Assembly: GCF_046119375.1 (NCBI RefSeq)
Contig: NW_027362761.1
Coordinates: 910,842,001 to 910,906,000 of the forward strand
From: Phyllobates terribilis
Taxonomy: Eukaryota
Length of the DNA stretch: 64,000 nucleotides
Direction: 5' to 3'
This document shows, in pieces, positions 14,145 to 26,315 of this stretch. Position 1 is the stretch's first letter. Every line of letters starts with the position of its first letter. Both the position numbers and the translations under genes were made by a program. Under the pieces are notes generated by a model that worked only from the letters and a program-made list of their open reading frames with translations, did not search any database and was not told where the DNA came from.

Positions 14145-16400
14145 TTCTATTAGTCCATCTTTACTAACCTCCACCAGGTTGGAAATTCAAAATAATTTTT
14201 ATCTGCATCTAGCTCTGAAAAAATATTTGGGCTTGTAGCAGTGTGTGGGACTTGTTCTATTAGTCCATCTATACTAACCTCCACCAGGTTGCAAATTCAA
14301 AATTATTTTTATCTGCATCTAGCTCTGAAAAAATATTTGGGCTTGGGCTTGTAGCAGTGTGTGGGACTTGTTCTATTAGTCCATCTATACTAACCTCCAC
14401 CAGGTTGCAAATTCAAAATAATTTTTATCTGCATCTAGCTCTGAAAAAATATTTGGGCTTGGGCTTGTAGCAGTGTGTGGGACTTGTTCTATTAGTCCAT
14501 CTATACTAACCTCCACCAGGTTGCAAATTCAAAATATTTTTTATCTGCATCTAGCTCTGAAAAAATATTTGGGCTTGGGCTTGTAGCAGTGTGTGGGACT
14601 TGTTCTATTAGTCCATCTATACTAACCTCCACCAGGTTGCAAATTCAAAATAATTTTTATCTGCATCTAGCTGTGAAAAAATATTTGGGCTTCGGCTTGT
14701 AGCAGTGTGTGGGACTTGTTCTATTAGTCCATCTATACTAACCTCCACCAGGTTGCAAATTCAAAATAATTTTTATCAGCATCTAGCTCTGAAAAAATAT
14801 TTGGGCTTCGGCTTGTAGCAGTGTGTGGGACTTGTTCTATTAGTCCATCTATACTAACCTCCACCAGGTTGCAAATTCAAAATAATTTTTATCTGCATCT
14901 AGCTCTGAAAAAATATTTCGGCTTGTAGCAGTGTGTGGGACTTGTTCTATTAGTCCATCTATACTAACCTCCACCAGGTTGCAAATTCAAAATAATTTTT
15001 ATCTGCATCTAGCTCTGAAAAAATATTTAGGCTTGGGCTTGTAGCAGTGTGTGGGACTTGTTCTATTAGTCCATCTATACTAACCTCCACCAGGTTGCAA
15101 ATTCAAAATAATTTTTATCTGCATCTAGCTCTGAAAAAATATTTGGGCTTCGGCTTGTAGCGGTGTGTGGGACTTGTTCAATTAGTCCATCTATACTAAC
15201 CTCCACCAGGTTGCAAATTCAAAATAATTTTTATCTGCATCTAGCTATGAATAAATATTTCGGCTTGGGCTTGTAGCAGGGTGTGGGACTTGTTCTATTA
15301 GTCCATCTATACTAACCTCCACCAGGTTGCAAATTCAAAATATTTTTTATCTGCATCTAGCTCTGAAAAAATATTTGGGCTTGGACTTGCAGCAGTGTGT
15401 GGGACTTGTTCTATTAGTCCATCTATACTAACCTCCACCAGGTTGCAAATTCAAAATAATTTTTATCTGCATCTAGCTATGAATAAATATTTGGGCTTGG
15501 GCTTGTAGCAGTGCGTGGAACTTGTTCTATTAGTCCATCTATACTAACCTCCACCAGGTTGCAAATTCAAAATAATTTTTATCTGCATCTAGCTCTAAAA
15601 AAATATTTCAGCTTGGGCTTGTAGCAGTGTGTGGGACTTGTTCTATTAGTCCATCTATACTAACCTCCACCAGGTTGCAAATTCGAAATAATTTTTATCT
15701 GCAGCTAGCTCTGAAAAAATATTTGGGCTTGGGCTTGTAGCAGTGTGTGGGACTTGTTCTATTAGTCCATCTATACTAACCTCCACCAGGTTGCAAATTC
15801 AAAATAATTTTTATCTGCATTCAGCTCTGAAAAAATATTTGGGCTTCGGCTTGTATCTCTGTGTGGGACTTGTTCTATTAGTCCATCTATACTAGCCTCC
15901 ACCAGGTTGCTAATTCAAAATAACTTTTATCTGCATCTAGCTCTGAAAAAATATTTGGCTTCGGCTTGTAGCAGTGTGTGGAACTTGTTCTTTTAGTCCA
16001 TCTATACTAACCTCCACCAGGTTGCAAATTCAAAATAATTTTTATCTGCATCTAGCTATGAATAAATATTTGGGCTTGGGCTTGTAGCAGTGCGTGGAAC
16101 TTGTTCTATTAGTCCATCTATACTAACCTCCACCAGGTTGCAAATTCAAAATAATTTTTATCTGCATCTAGCTCTAAAAAAATATTTCGGCTTGGGCTTG
16201 TAGCAGTGTGTGGGACTTGTTCTATTAGTCCATCTATACTAACCTCCACCAGGTTGCAAATTCGAAATAATTTTTATCTGCAGCTAGCTCTGAAAAAATA
16301 TTTGGGCTTGGGCTTGTAGCAGTGTGTGGGACTTGTTCTATTAGTCCATCTATACTAACCTCCACCAGGTTGCAAATTCGAAATAATTTTTAGCTGCATC
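14145..16400. repeat. Tandem array inside hAT copy 2: mostly 116-bp units, about 19 units, followed by degenerate units to ~16635
   Basis: CAGGTT at 14175, 14285, 14401, 14517, 14633 and onward. Same monomer as 881-3477 plus a 6-bp GGGCTT duplication. Confidence 0.95.
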
Positions 16401-18543
16401 TTGCCTGTAAACTAATTTTGGGCATATTAGCTGTGTGTGGTACTCATTCTATTAGGCCATCTATACTAAGTTCCACCAGCTTTCAAATTACTAATAATTT
16501 TTAGCTGCATCTTGCCTGGAAAATAATTTTGGGCATAGTAGCAGTGTGTGGTACTCATTGTATTAGGCCATCTATACCAAGCTCCACCAGCTTTGAAATT
16601 AATAATAATTTTTAGGTGCATCTAGCCCGGAAAAAAATTTTTCTTCCCAATAGTGGTAGCAATAGAAATATGGGGCGCGCTCCTGGCTAACAAAAATATA
16701 CGCTTCATAACAAAAAAGCACCAGCCTAGCGCACTGCATTAATAAGATGGCATCATCGTCTCTCCTGTCTACACCGGCTAGCATTCCTGTGCCTAAAACA
16801 CAATGCATGGGTCCGCGCTAGCCACGATGCTAAGGGGTCTAAAGCTGCTGCTAACGCTTTACCACAATTCAATTGGCAGATTTTCACAGAGCTCCTCCCC
16901 AACGCCCACCCATCAGGGAACAGTTGCCCACCCTCCCTATGGGATCTAGTGGCGAATAGTTGATGCCATTAATCAGAGCGTCAGTGGCCCCGTCGACGTG
17001 GCAAGCATACGGTAAGACATGGGAAGAGTGGACACGACTAGTAGCAGACAGACGGGTTGACCAATGTGAACAAGCCAGATTACAAGTCACAATAGAATTT
17101 CTCCACCAGCTAATGATGAGGGGCATATCAGGGGCGTCAGCGCGGCGGTGTCTGACCGGAGAAGCATTTCACTTCCAACTACTGGATAGGGGAGATATGA
17201 CAAAGAGATTCATCATCAGACAATCCATAAAAGGGTGGAAAAGGGGTCAGCCAAGTCAGGAGTGTAGACGTCCCATGCCGTGTCACTAAAACTGATTTCT
17301 CACATCCTATCCCTAACACCATTAACATGACACTCACAATTTGAAGCAACACTACTGTCTACTGCATTTGCGATCGCCTTCTTCGGGGCGCTATGCATAA
17401 GCGAATTAGTCCCTCAATCCAAAATTACCACCAGTGGAGGCTTATTACACCAGGACGTAGTCATAGCCAATAATGCAATACGTCTACGCATACGCCAATC
17501 GAAAACGGTTCCAGCGGGCAGGGGCACTTGGGTACTTCTACAACCCACAAACGGTACACTGAGTCGGGTAACAATAGTAAAAACATATATAACCATCAGA
17601 TCACAAAGTAATTTCTTCCTATCACACATTGATGGAACGCCATTTTCAAGATACCAGTTCCAAGCTATATTTAATAAATACATAACATCGGCAGGGAACC
17701 ACCCCAAAGATTACGGGACACACTCATTCCGCATAGGCGCGGCCATGGAAGCAGCAAGAGCAGGTCTGTCAGAAACGGAAGTTCAGAGGATAGGTGTAAC
17801 ATACCTGGCGGCATCCTTGCATAGTGGTCCATCTCCCACTGTGCAAGAGCGCGCACTTGATCTCCAATCCAGAATGTCTCTCTGACTTCCCTCCATGCTG
17901 TCTGTTTGCTTCTGTGTGCTGCTGCTTAAGGGCGGCGCCCGATCACTTCCTGCTTTTTGTACCTGCTGCAGGCACACCCCTTGTGCGTCCTCAGCCTATT
18001 GCTGTCTGTCACCTGGTATTTAAACCAGCTGCTCCAATTAACCCATGCCTGAGCATTGTGTTTCATTCAGTGTGGTCCTTCACTCTGAATGTGCCAGGTC
18101 CCCTTCTGTGTTCTCTTGTCTGCCTATCCTGGAGGCTGTAATTCCAGGCCTGTCTGAACACGCTTCTTGCCTGTTCGTCTCGCCTTCTAGGGGCCGCATA
18201 CCTAAACCGCTCCTGTATCTTGTCTGTCCTGTCTGAACACGCTCCTGGCCTGTTCCACCCACCTTCTAGGGGCTGCATTCCTAGACCCGCTCCTGTATCT
18301 TGCTACTGTGTCTGTTCTTGTCTGTATACTCTTCTAGCCTGTTTTCCCGTGTTTCTCTATGTCCGTACCTTTCCTTTTTCTGCAGAGTCTGAACTCGTAC
18401 CTAACTCCTGCTCGTTGTCACTGTACTCCCGTTTGTGAGTTTGTGGTCCACTCGCTACTTCACTGCAAGTACCTGTTGGTATCTGGTTCTGCCATTCCCT
18501 TCCTGTCTGTTCCGTGTGAACAGAGCCCTGTCCCCCCTGCTTT

Positions 18544-19045
18544 GCCTTTGCTCACCGCTCCGGCGGTTCTAGCCTGCTCTGCCTTTGCTCACCGCTCCGG
18601 CGGTTCTAGCCTGCTCTGCCTTTGCTCACCGCTCTGGCGGTTCTAGCCTGCTCTGCCTTTGCTCACCGCTCCGGCGGTTCAAGCCTGCTCTGCCTTTGCT
18701 CACTGCTCCGGCGGTTCTAGCCTGCTCTGCCTTTGCTCACCGCTCCGGCGGTTCTAGCCTGCTCTGCCTTTGCTCACCGCTCCGGCGGTTCTAGCCTGAT
18801 CTGCCTTTGCTCACCGCTCCGGCGGTTCTAGCCTGCTCTGCCTTTGCTCACCGCTCCGGCGGTTCTAGCCTGCTCTGCCTTTGCTCACCGCTCCGGCGGT
18901 TCTAGCCTGCTCTGCCTTTGCTCACCGCTCCGGCGGTTCTAGCCTGCTCTGCCTTTGCTCACCGCACCGGCGGTTCTAGCCTGCTCTGCCTTTGCTCACC
19001 CCTCCGGCGGTTCTAGCCTGCTCTGCCTTTGCTCACCGCTCCGGC
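18544..19045. repeat. 37-bp GC-rich minisatellite in the 5' LTR (14 unit starts)
   Basis: GCCTTTGCTCACCGCTCCGGCGGTTCTAGCCTGCTCT recurs from 18544 to 19025 at a 37-bp period. Confidence 0.95.
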
Positions 19046-19976
19046 AGTCTCGCTCTGCTCTGACTCCTTTGCTCACTGCTCCGGCAGTCTCGCTCTGCTC
19101 TGACTCCTTTGCTCACTGCCCCGGCAGTCTCGCTCTGCTCTGACTCCTTGCTCACTGCTCCGGCAGTCTCGCTCAGCTCTGACCCTTTGCTCACCGCTCC
19201 AGGCGGCCTTGTCCTGCTCTACTCTTGCTCACCGCTCCAGGCGGCCTTGTCCTGCTCTACTCTTGCTCACTACTCCAGGCGGCCTCATCCTGCTCTACTC
19301 TTGCTCACCGCTCCAGGCAGCCTCGTCCTGCTCTACTCTTGCTCACCGCTCCAGGCGGTCACGTCCTGCCCTGCTCTCGCTCACCTCTCTGGGCGGCCTC
19401 ACTCTGCTGTGTTTGTCCGCCACATCTGTGGTTCTGTTCCTGAGTCCCAGTGTGTGCTGGGTCCTATCCCGCCTGTGTTCCTACCTGCTAGTGCCTCCCT
19501 GTCAGCACTCTAGCCGTGCTTGCCTGTACCCCCCTGCCTGCATACCCGCCTGCCTGCATACCAGTCGTGCCTGCCTATACCCACCAGTCTGTGTGCCAGC
19601 CTAACCAGTCTGTTCCTGTATTCCCCTGTGTGGGTCAACAGTTGTGTCCGGGGTCTGTCCTGGAGTAGCACCTGGTCCCTCTGCTCGGTTCCTCCTTGGT
19701 GCACTGGCGTCGTATGCCGTTGTGCGACCCTGGTCGGATCGGGTGAATACCTAGTTACGCCCCTCCACGCATTCACTCTCCGGCACAGTCCAGTGGAATC
19801 ACACGCACACGCCGCTCAGCCCGCGCATGTGCATTACAGCATGCTCAGGCCATGGTTCCCGTTGAGCCCCACGGCCTTCGCTCTCTGAGACGTTTTCCAG
19901 CGAATACGTGCATTAAAAATAAATAAATAATTTTTTTTCTCTAGCTAAGTTCCAGGCGAATTACGCACCCGTCCAG

Positions 19977-20549
19977 ATGGATCTATCAGCTCTCGTTCCT
20001 GCGGATCCGCCACAGTACTATGGGGATCCAAGACAGAGTCGTGCATTTGTGGAGCAATGCATGCTACACTTCAAGTTCTACCCTCTATGTTTTCCCACAG
20101 ATCGGGTTAAGGTGGGATTCATGATGTCTTACCTAGCGGGTGATGCCTTGAATTGGATCATCCCCCTATGGGACGCACAGGATCCTATCGTCCTGGACAT
20201 AATGGCCTTCCTGGTGGCCTTTCTAATGGTCTTCGATAATCCTAACCCGGAGGCTCCTGCTGAAGCTTCACTTCCCAATATCCCGGAGCAGCCCCGATGG
20301 GTAATGTGTGTGGGTAGCGCAATAGTCCTCCAGCCCAATGAGACTACTGCCCACCCAGAATCCTCACAGGGTGACTACGCTCTCCGGAATACTTCTCCCA
20401 ACCTCAAGAGGCAGTCCAGACGTGCTAGACGTAGAGGCAAGCCGTCACGCCAGGGTCTGTCCTCCCTGAGACCTCCTGACCCCAACCTTGAAGTCCCTAC
20501 TGAAGCTTCATCTCCCTTTTTCCCGGAGAAGCCCCAATGGGTAATGTGA
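19977..20549 (+). CDS. Gag capsid-like ORF (sushi/RTL1/LDOC1-like), 190 aa
   Basis: PPQYYGDPRQSRAFVEQC...KVGFMMSYLAGDALNW...FLVAFLMVFDNP resembles the Ty3/Gypsy sushi-clade capsid and the Gag N-terminus of 30116-33481. ATG lies 138 bp downstream of the LTR. Confidence 0.75.
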   Translation: MDLSALVPADPPQYYGDPRQSRAFVEQCMLHFKFYPLCFPTDRVKVGFMMSYLAGDALNWIIPLWDAQDPIVLDIMAFLVAFLMVFDNPNPEAPAEASLPNIPEQPRWVMCVGSAIVLQPNETTAHPESSQGDYALRNTSPNLKRQSRRARRRGKPSRQGLSSLRPPDPNLEVPTEASSPFFPEKPQWVM

Positions 20550-20659
20550 GTGGGTAGTGCACCAGTTCTCCTGCCCGAAGAGACTGCTGCCCACCCAGAA
20601 TCCACACCAGAGGACCCCCTGTTGCCTCCTGAATCCCCCGGGATACACTTGATGACAAT

Positions 20660-21520
20660 TGGAGAGAGACTTCCCTATACTCTGCACCTGATACCTCGCC
20701 CGCTTCGTCCAGTGAGTCCGACCTAGTGTACTCCGAAGCAGAGGTTACCCATGAGTCTCTTCACCCCTCCGACCTGGCGGAGGACCTCCAGCTGTCTCCT
20801 GAGCCCTTCGGGGTGCTACCTGGCAGCGAAAGGACAGAGACTCTCCTATACTCTGTACCTGATACCTTGCTCGCTTCGTCCAGTGAGTCCAACCTAGTGT
20901 ACTCCGAAGCAGAGGTTACTCCCGAGTCTCTACACCCCTCCGTCCAGGCGGAGGACCTCCAGTTGTCTCCAGAACCCTTCGGGGTGCCACCTGGTGGTGA
21001 ATGGACAGAGACTTTCCTATATCCTGCAGCTGATACCTCGCTCGCTTCGCCTAGTGAGTCTAGCCTAGTGTACTCCAAAGCAGAGGTTATTCTTGAGTCT
21101 CTACACCCCTCCGCCAGGCGGAGGACCTCCAGTTGTCTCCAGAACCCTTCGGGGTGCCACCTGGTGGTGAATGGACAGAGACTTTCCTATACTCGGCACC
21201 CGATACCTCGCATGCTTCGTCCAGTGAGTCCGACCTAGTGTACTCTGAAGCAGATGTTTTCCCCAAGCCTCTGCACTCTTCTGACCCGGCGGAGGACCTC
21301 CAGTTGTTTCCTGAATCCTCCAGGGTACCACCAGATAACAAAGAGACAGTGACTTTTCCTCACCCTGTACCTGATAACCCGTCTATTTCTTCCTGTGAGC
21401 TTGACAAGATGTACCTCGAAGCAGAGATTACCCCCAAGTCTCTGCTCCCCTCCAACCCGGTGGAGGACTTCCAGTTGTCTCCTGTACCCTCTGGGGTGCC
21501 ACCTGAAAATATATGGAGAG
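20660..21520 (+). repeat. Five ~171-bp units (57-codon acidic Ser/Pro-rich repeat) in the gag-only element
   Basis: The GAGTCC-anchored unit recurs at 20714, 20885, 21056, 21226 and 21397 (periods 171, 171, 170, 171). Confidence 0.9.
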
Positions 21521-22480
21521 AGACTTCCTTGTGTGCTGTTCCTGGTACTCCACCCATTTCGACTGTTGCTAAGGGTGGCTGGATGGGAGGTAGCATCCTA
21601 GCTACCCAGAGGAGACCAGTTTTTCCAGTGGACAGTGGAAGTGATCTCCTTGAAGTGAAGGATTGGCCCTCGAATTCCCTGCGGAACATTTTGGCAGGCC
21701 TGAAGAAGAGGGGGCGTAAGGGGGGGTACTGTAACATACCTGGCGGCGTCCTTGCATAGTGGTCCATCTCCCACTGTGCAAGAGCGCGCACTTGATCTCC
21801 AATCCAGAATGTCTCTCTGACTTCCCTCCATGCTGTCTGTTTGCTTCTGTGTGCTGCTGCTTAAGGGCGGCGCCCGATCACTTCCTGCTTTTTGTACCTG
21901 CTGCAGGCACACCCCTTGTGCGTCCTCAGCCTATTGCTGTCTGTCACCTGGCATTTAAACCAGCTGCTCCAATTAACCCATGCCTGAGCATTGTGTTTCA
22001 TTCAGTGTGGTCCTTCACTCTGAATGTGCCAGGTCCCCTTCTGTGTTCTCTTGTCTGCCTATCCTGGAGGCTGTATTTCCAGGCCTGTCTGAACACGCTC
22101 CTTGCCTGTTCGTCTCGCCTTCTAGGGGCCGCATACCTAGACCCGCTCCTGTATCTTGTCTGTCCTCTCTGAACACGCTCCTGGCCTGTTCCACCCGCCT
22201 TTGAGGGGCTGCATTCCTAGACCCGCTCCTGTATCTTGCTACTGTGTCTGTTCTTGTCTGTATACTCTTCTAGCCTGTTTTCCCGTGTTTCTCTATGTCC
22301 GTACCTTTCCTTTTTCTGCAGAGTCTGAACTCGTACCTAACTCCTGCTCGTTGTCACTGTACTCCCGTTTGTGAGTTTGTGGTCCACTCGCTACTTCACT
22401 GCAAGTACCCTGTTGGTATCTGGTTCTGCCTTTCCCTTCCTGTCTGTTCCGTGTGAACAGAGCCCTGTCCCCCCTGCTCT

Positions 22481-23050
22481 GCCTTGCTCACCGCTCCGGC
22501 GGTTCTAGCCTGCTCTGCCTTTGCTCACCGCTCCGGCGGTTCTAGCCTGCTCTGCCTTTGCTCACCGCTCCGGCGGTTCTAGCCTGCTCTGCCTTTGCTC
22601 ACCGCTCCGGCGGTTCTAGCCTGCTCTGCCTTTGCTCACCGCTCCGGCGGTTCTAGCCTGCTCTGCCTTTGCTCACCGCTCCGGCGGTTCTAGCCTGCTC
22701 TGCCTTTGCTCACCGCTCCGGCGGTTCTAGCCTGCTCTGCCTTTGCTCACCGCTCCGGCGGTTCTAGCCTGCTCTGCCTTTGCTCACCGCTCCGGTGGTT
22801 CTATCCTGCTCTGCCTTTGCTCACCGCTCCGGCGGTTCTAGCCTGCTCTGCCTCTGCTCACCGCTCCGGCGGTTCTAGCCTGCTCTGCCTTTGCTCACCG
22901 CTCCGGCGGTTCTAGCCTGCTCTGCCTTTGCAAGCTCCGGCGGTTCTAGCCTGCTCTGCCTTTGCTCACCGCTCCGGCGGTTCTAGCCTGCTCTACCTTT
23001 GCTCACCGCTCCGGCGGTTCTAGCCTGCTCTGCCTTTGCTCACCGCTACG
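22481..23050. repeat. 37-bp minisatellite in the 3' LTR (16 unit starts)
   Basis: Same unit as 18544-19045, with one unit 1 bp short and one 3 bp short. Confidence 0.93.
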
Positions 23051-23849
23051 GCAGTCTTGCTCTGCTCTGACTCCTTTGCTCACTGCCCCGGCAGTCTCGC
23101 TCTGCTCTGACTCCTTGCTCACTGCTCCGGCAGTCTCGCTCAGCTCTGACCCTTTGCTCACCGCTCCAGGCGGCCTTGTCCTGCTCTACTCTTGCTCACT
23201 GCTCCAGGCGGTCTCGTCCTGCTCTACTCTTGCTCACCGCTCCAGGCGGCCTCGTCCTGCTCTACTCTTGCTCACCGCTCCAGGCGGTCACGTCCTGCCC
23301 TGCTCTCGCTCACCTCTCTGGGCGGCCTCACTCTGCTGTGTTTGTCTGCCACATCTGTGGTTCTGTTCCTGAGTCCCAGTGTGTACTGGGTCCTATCCCG
23401 CCTGTGTTCCTACCCGCTAGTGCCTCCCTGGCAGCACTCTAGCCGTGCTTGCCTGTACCCCCCTGCCTAAATACCCGCCTGCCTGCATACCAGTCGTGCC
23501 TGCCTATACCCACCAGTCTGTGTGCCAGCCTAACCAGTCTCTTCCTGTATTCCCCTGTGTGGGTCAACAGCCGTGTCCGGGGTCTGTCCTGGAGTAGCAC
23601 CTGGTCCCTCTGCTCGGTTCCTCCTTGGTGCACTAGCGTCGTATGCCGTCGTGCGACCCTGGTCGGATCGGGTGAATACCTAGTTGCGCCCCTCCAGGCA
23701 TTCACTCTCCGGCACGGTCCAGTGGAATCACACGCACACGCCGCTCAGCCCGGGCGTGTGCATTACAATAGGGAGATGGCGATCCACGTATTTGGCGAGA
23801 TACATAAGACCGGACTTGTTATCCTAACGTGGTTTGTTTCTTTTACAGG

Positions 23850-24477
23850 TGACACTAAGCCAACAGTGTGGGTGATAGGCCACTCGCATATATATTGGGC
23901 AGAAAAAAGGACGAAAGTCCACCCAGGCGGGAGGAAATTAGAGTTTCATAACACATATTTCAACTGGAGAGGTATTAGAGGCCTGCTATGGCCACAGGTA
24001 CTAATGGAGGTAATCAAGGTAGGGAGAGAGGCAAGAGGTCCGGTCATCTTAGTTATACAGGCCCGGGGAAACGACCTAGGTCATCACAAGAGCGCATAAC
24101 TAATGGCAATAATGAAACTAGACACTGAGCGCTTCAGAGAATTTTTCACAAAACTAACTAAGGTATGGTCAGAGATTGTGCCGATAGCGGTATGGCAAGG
24201 TGCGCGAGACATCACGGCCATCGAACGGACAAGGCGGGTAATAAATATTCGGATGGCAAAATTTAGAAGAGACAGAGGCGGTGTAGTGATACAACACCGA
24301 CAACTGGAAGGAGATAAAGCAGGCCTCATACAGCCCGACGGTGTTCACTTAATGGATATTGGACTGGACATATCCCTGTCAGGACTCCAGGATGGAGTGA
24401 AACAAGCGTTAAGAGTGATGGATGGGGGTCAGAGTCCTGCATATGAGTACGCAGGATCCTCCATGGCCTGGAAATAG
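23850..24477 (+). pseudogene. SGNH/GDSL-like hydrolase ORF of the Ngaro element (in-frame TAA at 24097-24099)
   Basis: Blocks VWVIGHS (I), GIRG (II), ARGND (III) and PDGVHL (V) occur in the expected order. Confidence 0.85.
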
Positions 24478-26315
24478 AAAGGACATGTTGGAAAGTTACA
24501 CTTGTTGGCCAACTTGCCGGTGTGGAGACCCAGGGCATGCTGCAACAAGCTGAATTATTTTAGAAATAAAATGCCTTTCTAATGGAATGAGTATAAAGAG
24601 TTAATAAAGCTGTGACCGATCCTCACCCATCCAGTTGTAAGAGTTACATTATTGTATTGTCAAGGAAAGGGGGGTGGTAGGGGGGCTGAGCGTCTGGGTT
24701 TGGTTGGGGGTCCCCACAGTCTGCCTAGGCTAGATGCATTTAAAAGTTCTTATTAGATACACAGGCGGTGCAGCTTGCTTCGCAGCTGGACTACTACGCC
24801 CAAAGTATTGCCTAGATGCAGTTAAAAATTCTATGCTGACTAGCAGACACTGAAGCTTTGGAGCTGACCTCTGAGTAAACAGCTCTTCAGACTCAACCAT
24901 CTGTGTTACCCCAAGCCATAGTGTATGTAGTTTCTTACAGTTAAAAGGGGGGGGGGAGCGACCCAACCCACCTGGAATTAACGATGCCAACGTCACGTAA
25001 AACACAGCAAGGGGACTCCAAAAAGAGTCTCCATTTTTTCCAAAAATTGTGGCACAGACACCACTTAAGTGGCATCAATTGCCCCAGAGTTGCTTAAAAC
25101 GGTTGGTGAGGTGATTTTATCAAATCCTCAAGCTTTTAGTCTCCCCAGGATGACACAGGGGTAGAAAAGTCTTTGTGGATCCATGATTTGTTCATCTTTA
25201 TGAACGTGAGTCTGTCTACATTCTCAGTGGGCAGCCACGTGCGCTTATCTGTCAGCACACCACCAGCAGCGCTGAACACACGTTCAGAGAGAACACTGGC
25301 TGCAGGGCATGACAAGATCTCCAAGGCGTGAGTGGCGAGCTCCGGCCATTTTTCCAGATTGGAAGCCCAAAATGAGCAAGGGTCCAGTTACACAGTCATA
25401 GCTTCGATGTTCACTTGGAAATACTCCTGTACCATCCTCTCTAGGCGTTGACTATGTGTCAGACTTCTTGTCTCCTGTGGCCTTGCAAAGGATGGTCTAA
25501 AAAAGTGGTGAAACGATTCCACAAAATTGTTGTTACCAGCAGATACTGTGTTACTGTTACGGTTTGAGTGATAAAGACTCGACAGTCCCACGGTTTGCAA
25601 GTTAGAACTGTGAGATTCACTACGTGCACCACTGGTGTTTTGTGGAAAAGCACATGTAAGATTCTGCAACAGCCTCTGCAGATACTCCTGCATGCGTGAA
25701 TCCCTTTCTATGGCAGGAATTATTTCGACAAATTTACTTTTGTACCGTGGATCTAAGAGTGTGGCAACCCAGTAGTCTGGATTACTTTGAATTCTGACAA
25801 TCCGATGGTCATGTTGCAGGTAGTGCAGCAAGAAGGCACTCATGTGTCTTGCGCATCCAGGAGGACCAAGTCCTTGTTGTGTTGGTAGCGAGGTAAGAAT
25901 CATGCTTCCTTCCTCTGCCCTCTCCCCCCAACCTCTCACAACAGAAATGTGATCAAGGTCTCCCTCATCTGATGAGTCTTACATGCCCATCGCCAGTTCG
26001 TCCTCCACTTCTTCCTCGGCTCCTGCACCTTCCTCAACAGTTTGGCTGCTACCATGCGCCCTGGTTAATCCCTCTCCCCCACCCTCCCATGCCTGCCGCC
26101 TTGGTGCTGCTGACCGTCTGGACCTTGGAGATGTTATCCCTTCCGCATACGACTCCTCCTCTACTTCCTCCACCTCCTCTTGTCCCACCACCTGACTCTG
26201 AATTCTGTTTAACGTGTGCTCCAGCATGTAAATCACAAGAATAGTCATGCTGATAATGGCATCGTCGTCAGCACTAAACATCTTCGTCGCCATTTCAAAA
26301 CTGTGCAGAAGGGTG

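Larger units (their letters stand above)
17795..23767 (+). mobile_element. Non-autonomous gag-only LTR retrotransposon with ~2-kb LTRs (17795-19838, 21730-23767)
   Basis: TGTAAC...TTACA LTRs and 5-bp TSD ATAGG (17790-17794 / 23768-23772). Purine-rich PPT before 21730. The 1.9-kb interior has no protease, RT or integrase motifs. Confidence 0.93.
16960..23830 (+). pseudogene. Tyrosine recombinase of the Ngaro element, frameshifted and split by the LTR element 17795-23767
   Basis: APSTWQAYGKTW... N-terminal part. Frameshift near 17290, then AFFGAL...SKT...GTHSFRIGAAMEAARAGLSETEVQRIG, resuming RWRSTYLARYIRPDLL after 23772. Confidence 0.88.
16640..24700 (+). mobile_element. 5'-truncated Ngaro-like tyrosine-recombinase retrotransposon (RNase H end, YR, SGNH hydrolase)
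   Basis: RNase H motif FPIVVAIEIWG at ~16643. YR with HSFRIGAA...IG/RWRS...YIRP. The downstream ORF has SGNH blocks. No methyltransferase domain between RNase H and YR. AATAAA near 24604. Confidence 0.85.

Noticed and set aside
18359-19888. Many Cys/Leu/Ala-rich ORFs in the long LTRs (also 22156-23705)
   Set aside because: They are translations of the stop-poor 37-bp minisatellite and neighbouring LTR repeats.
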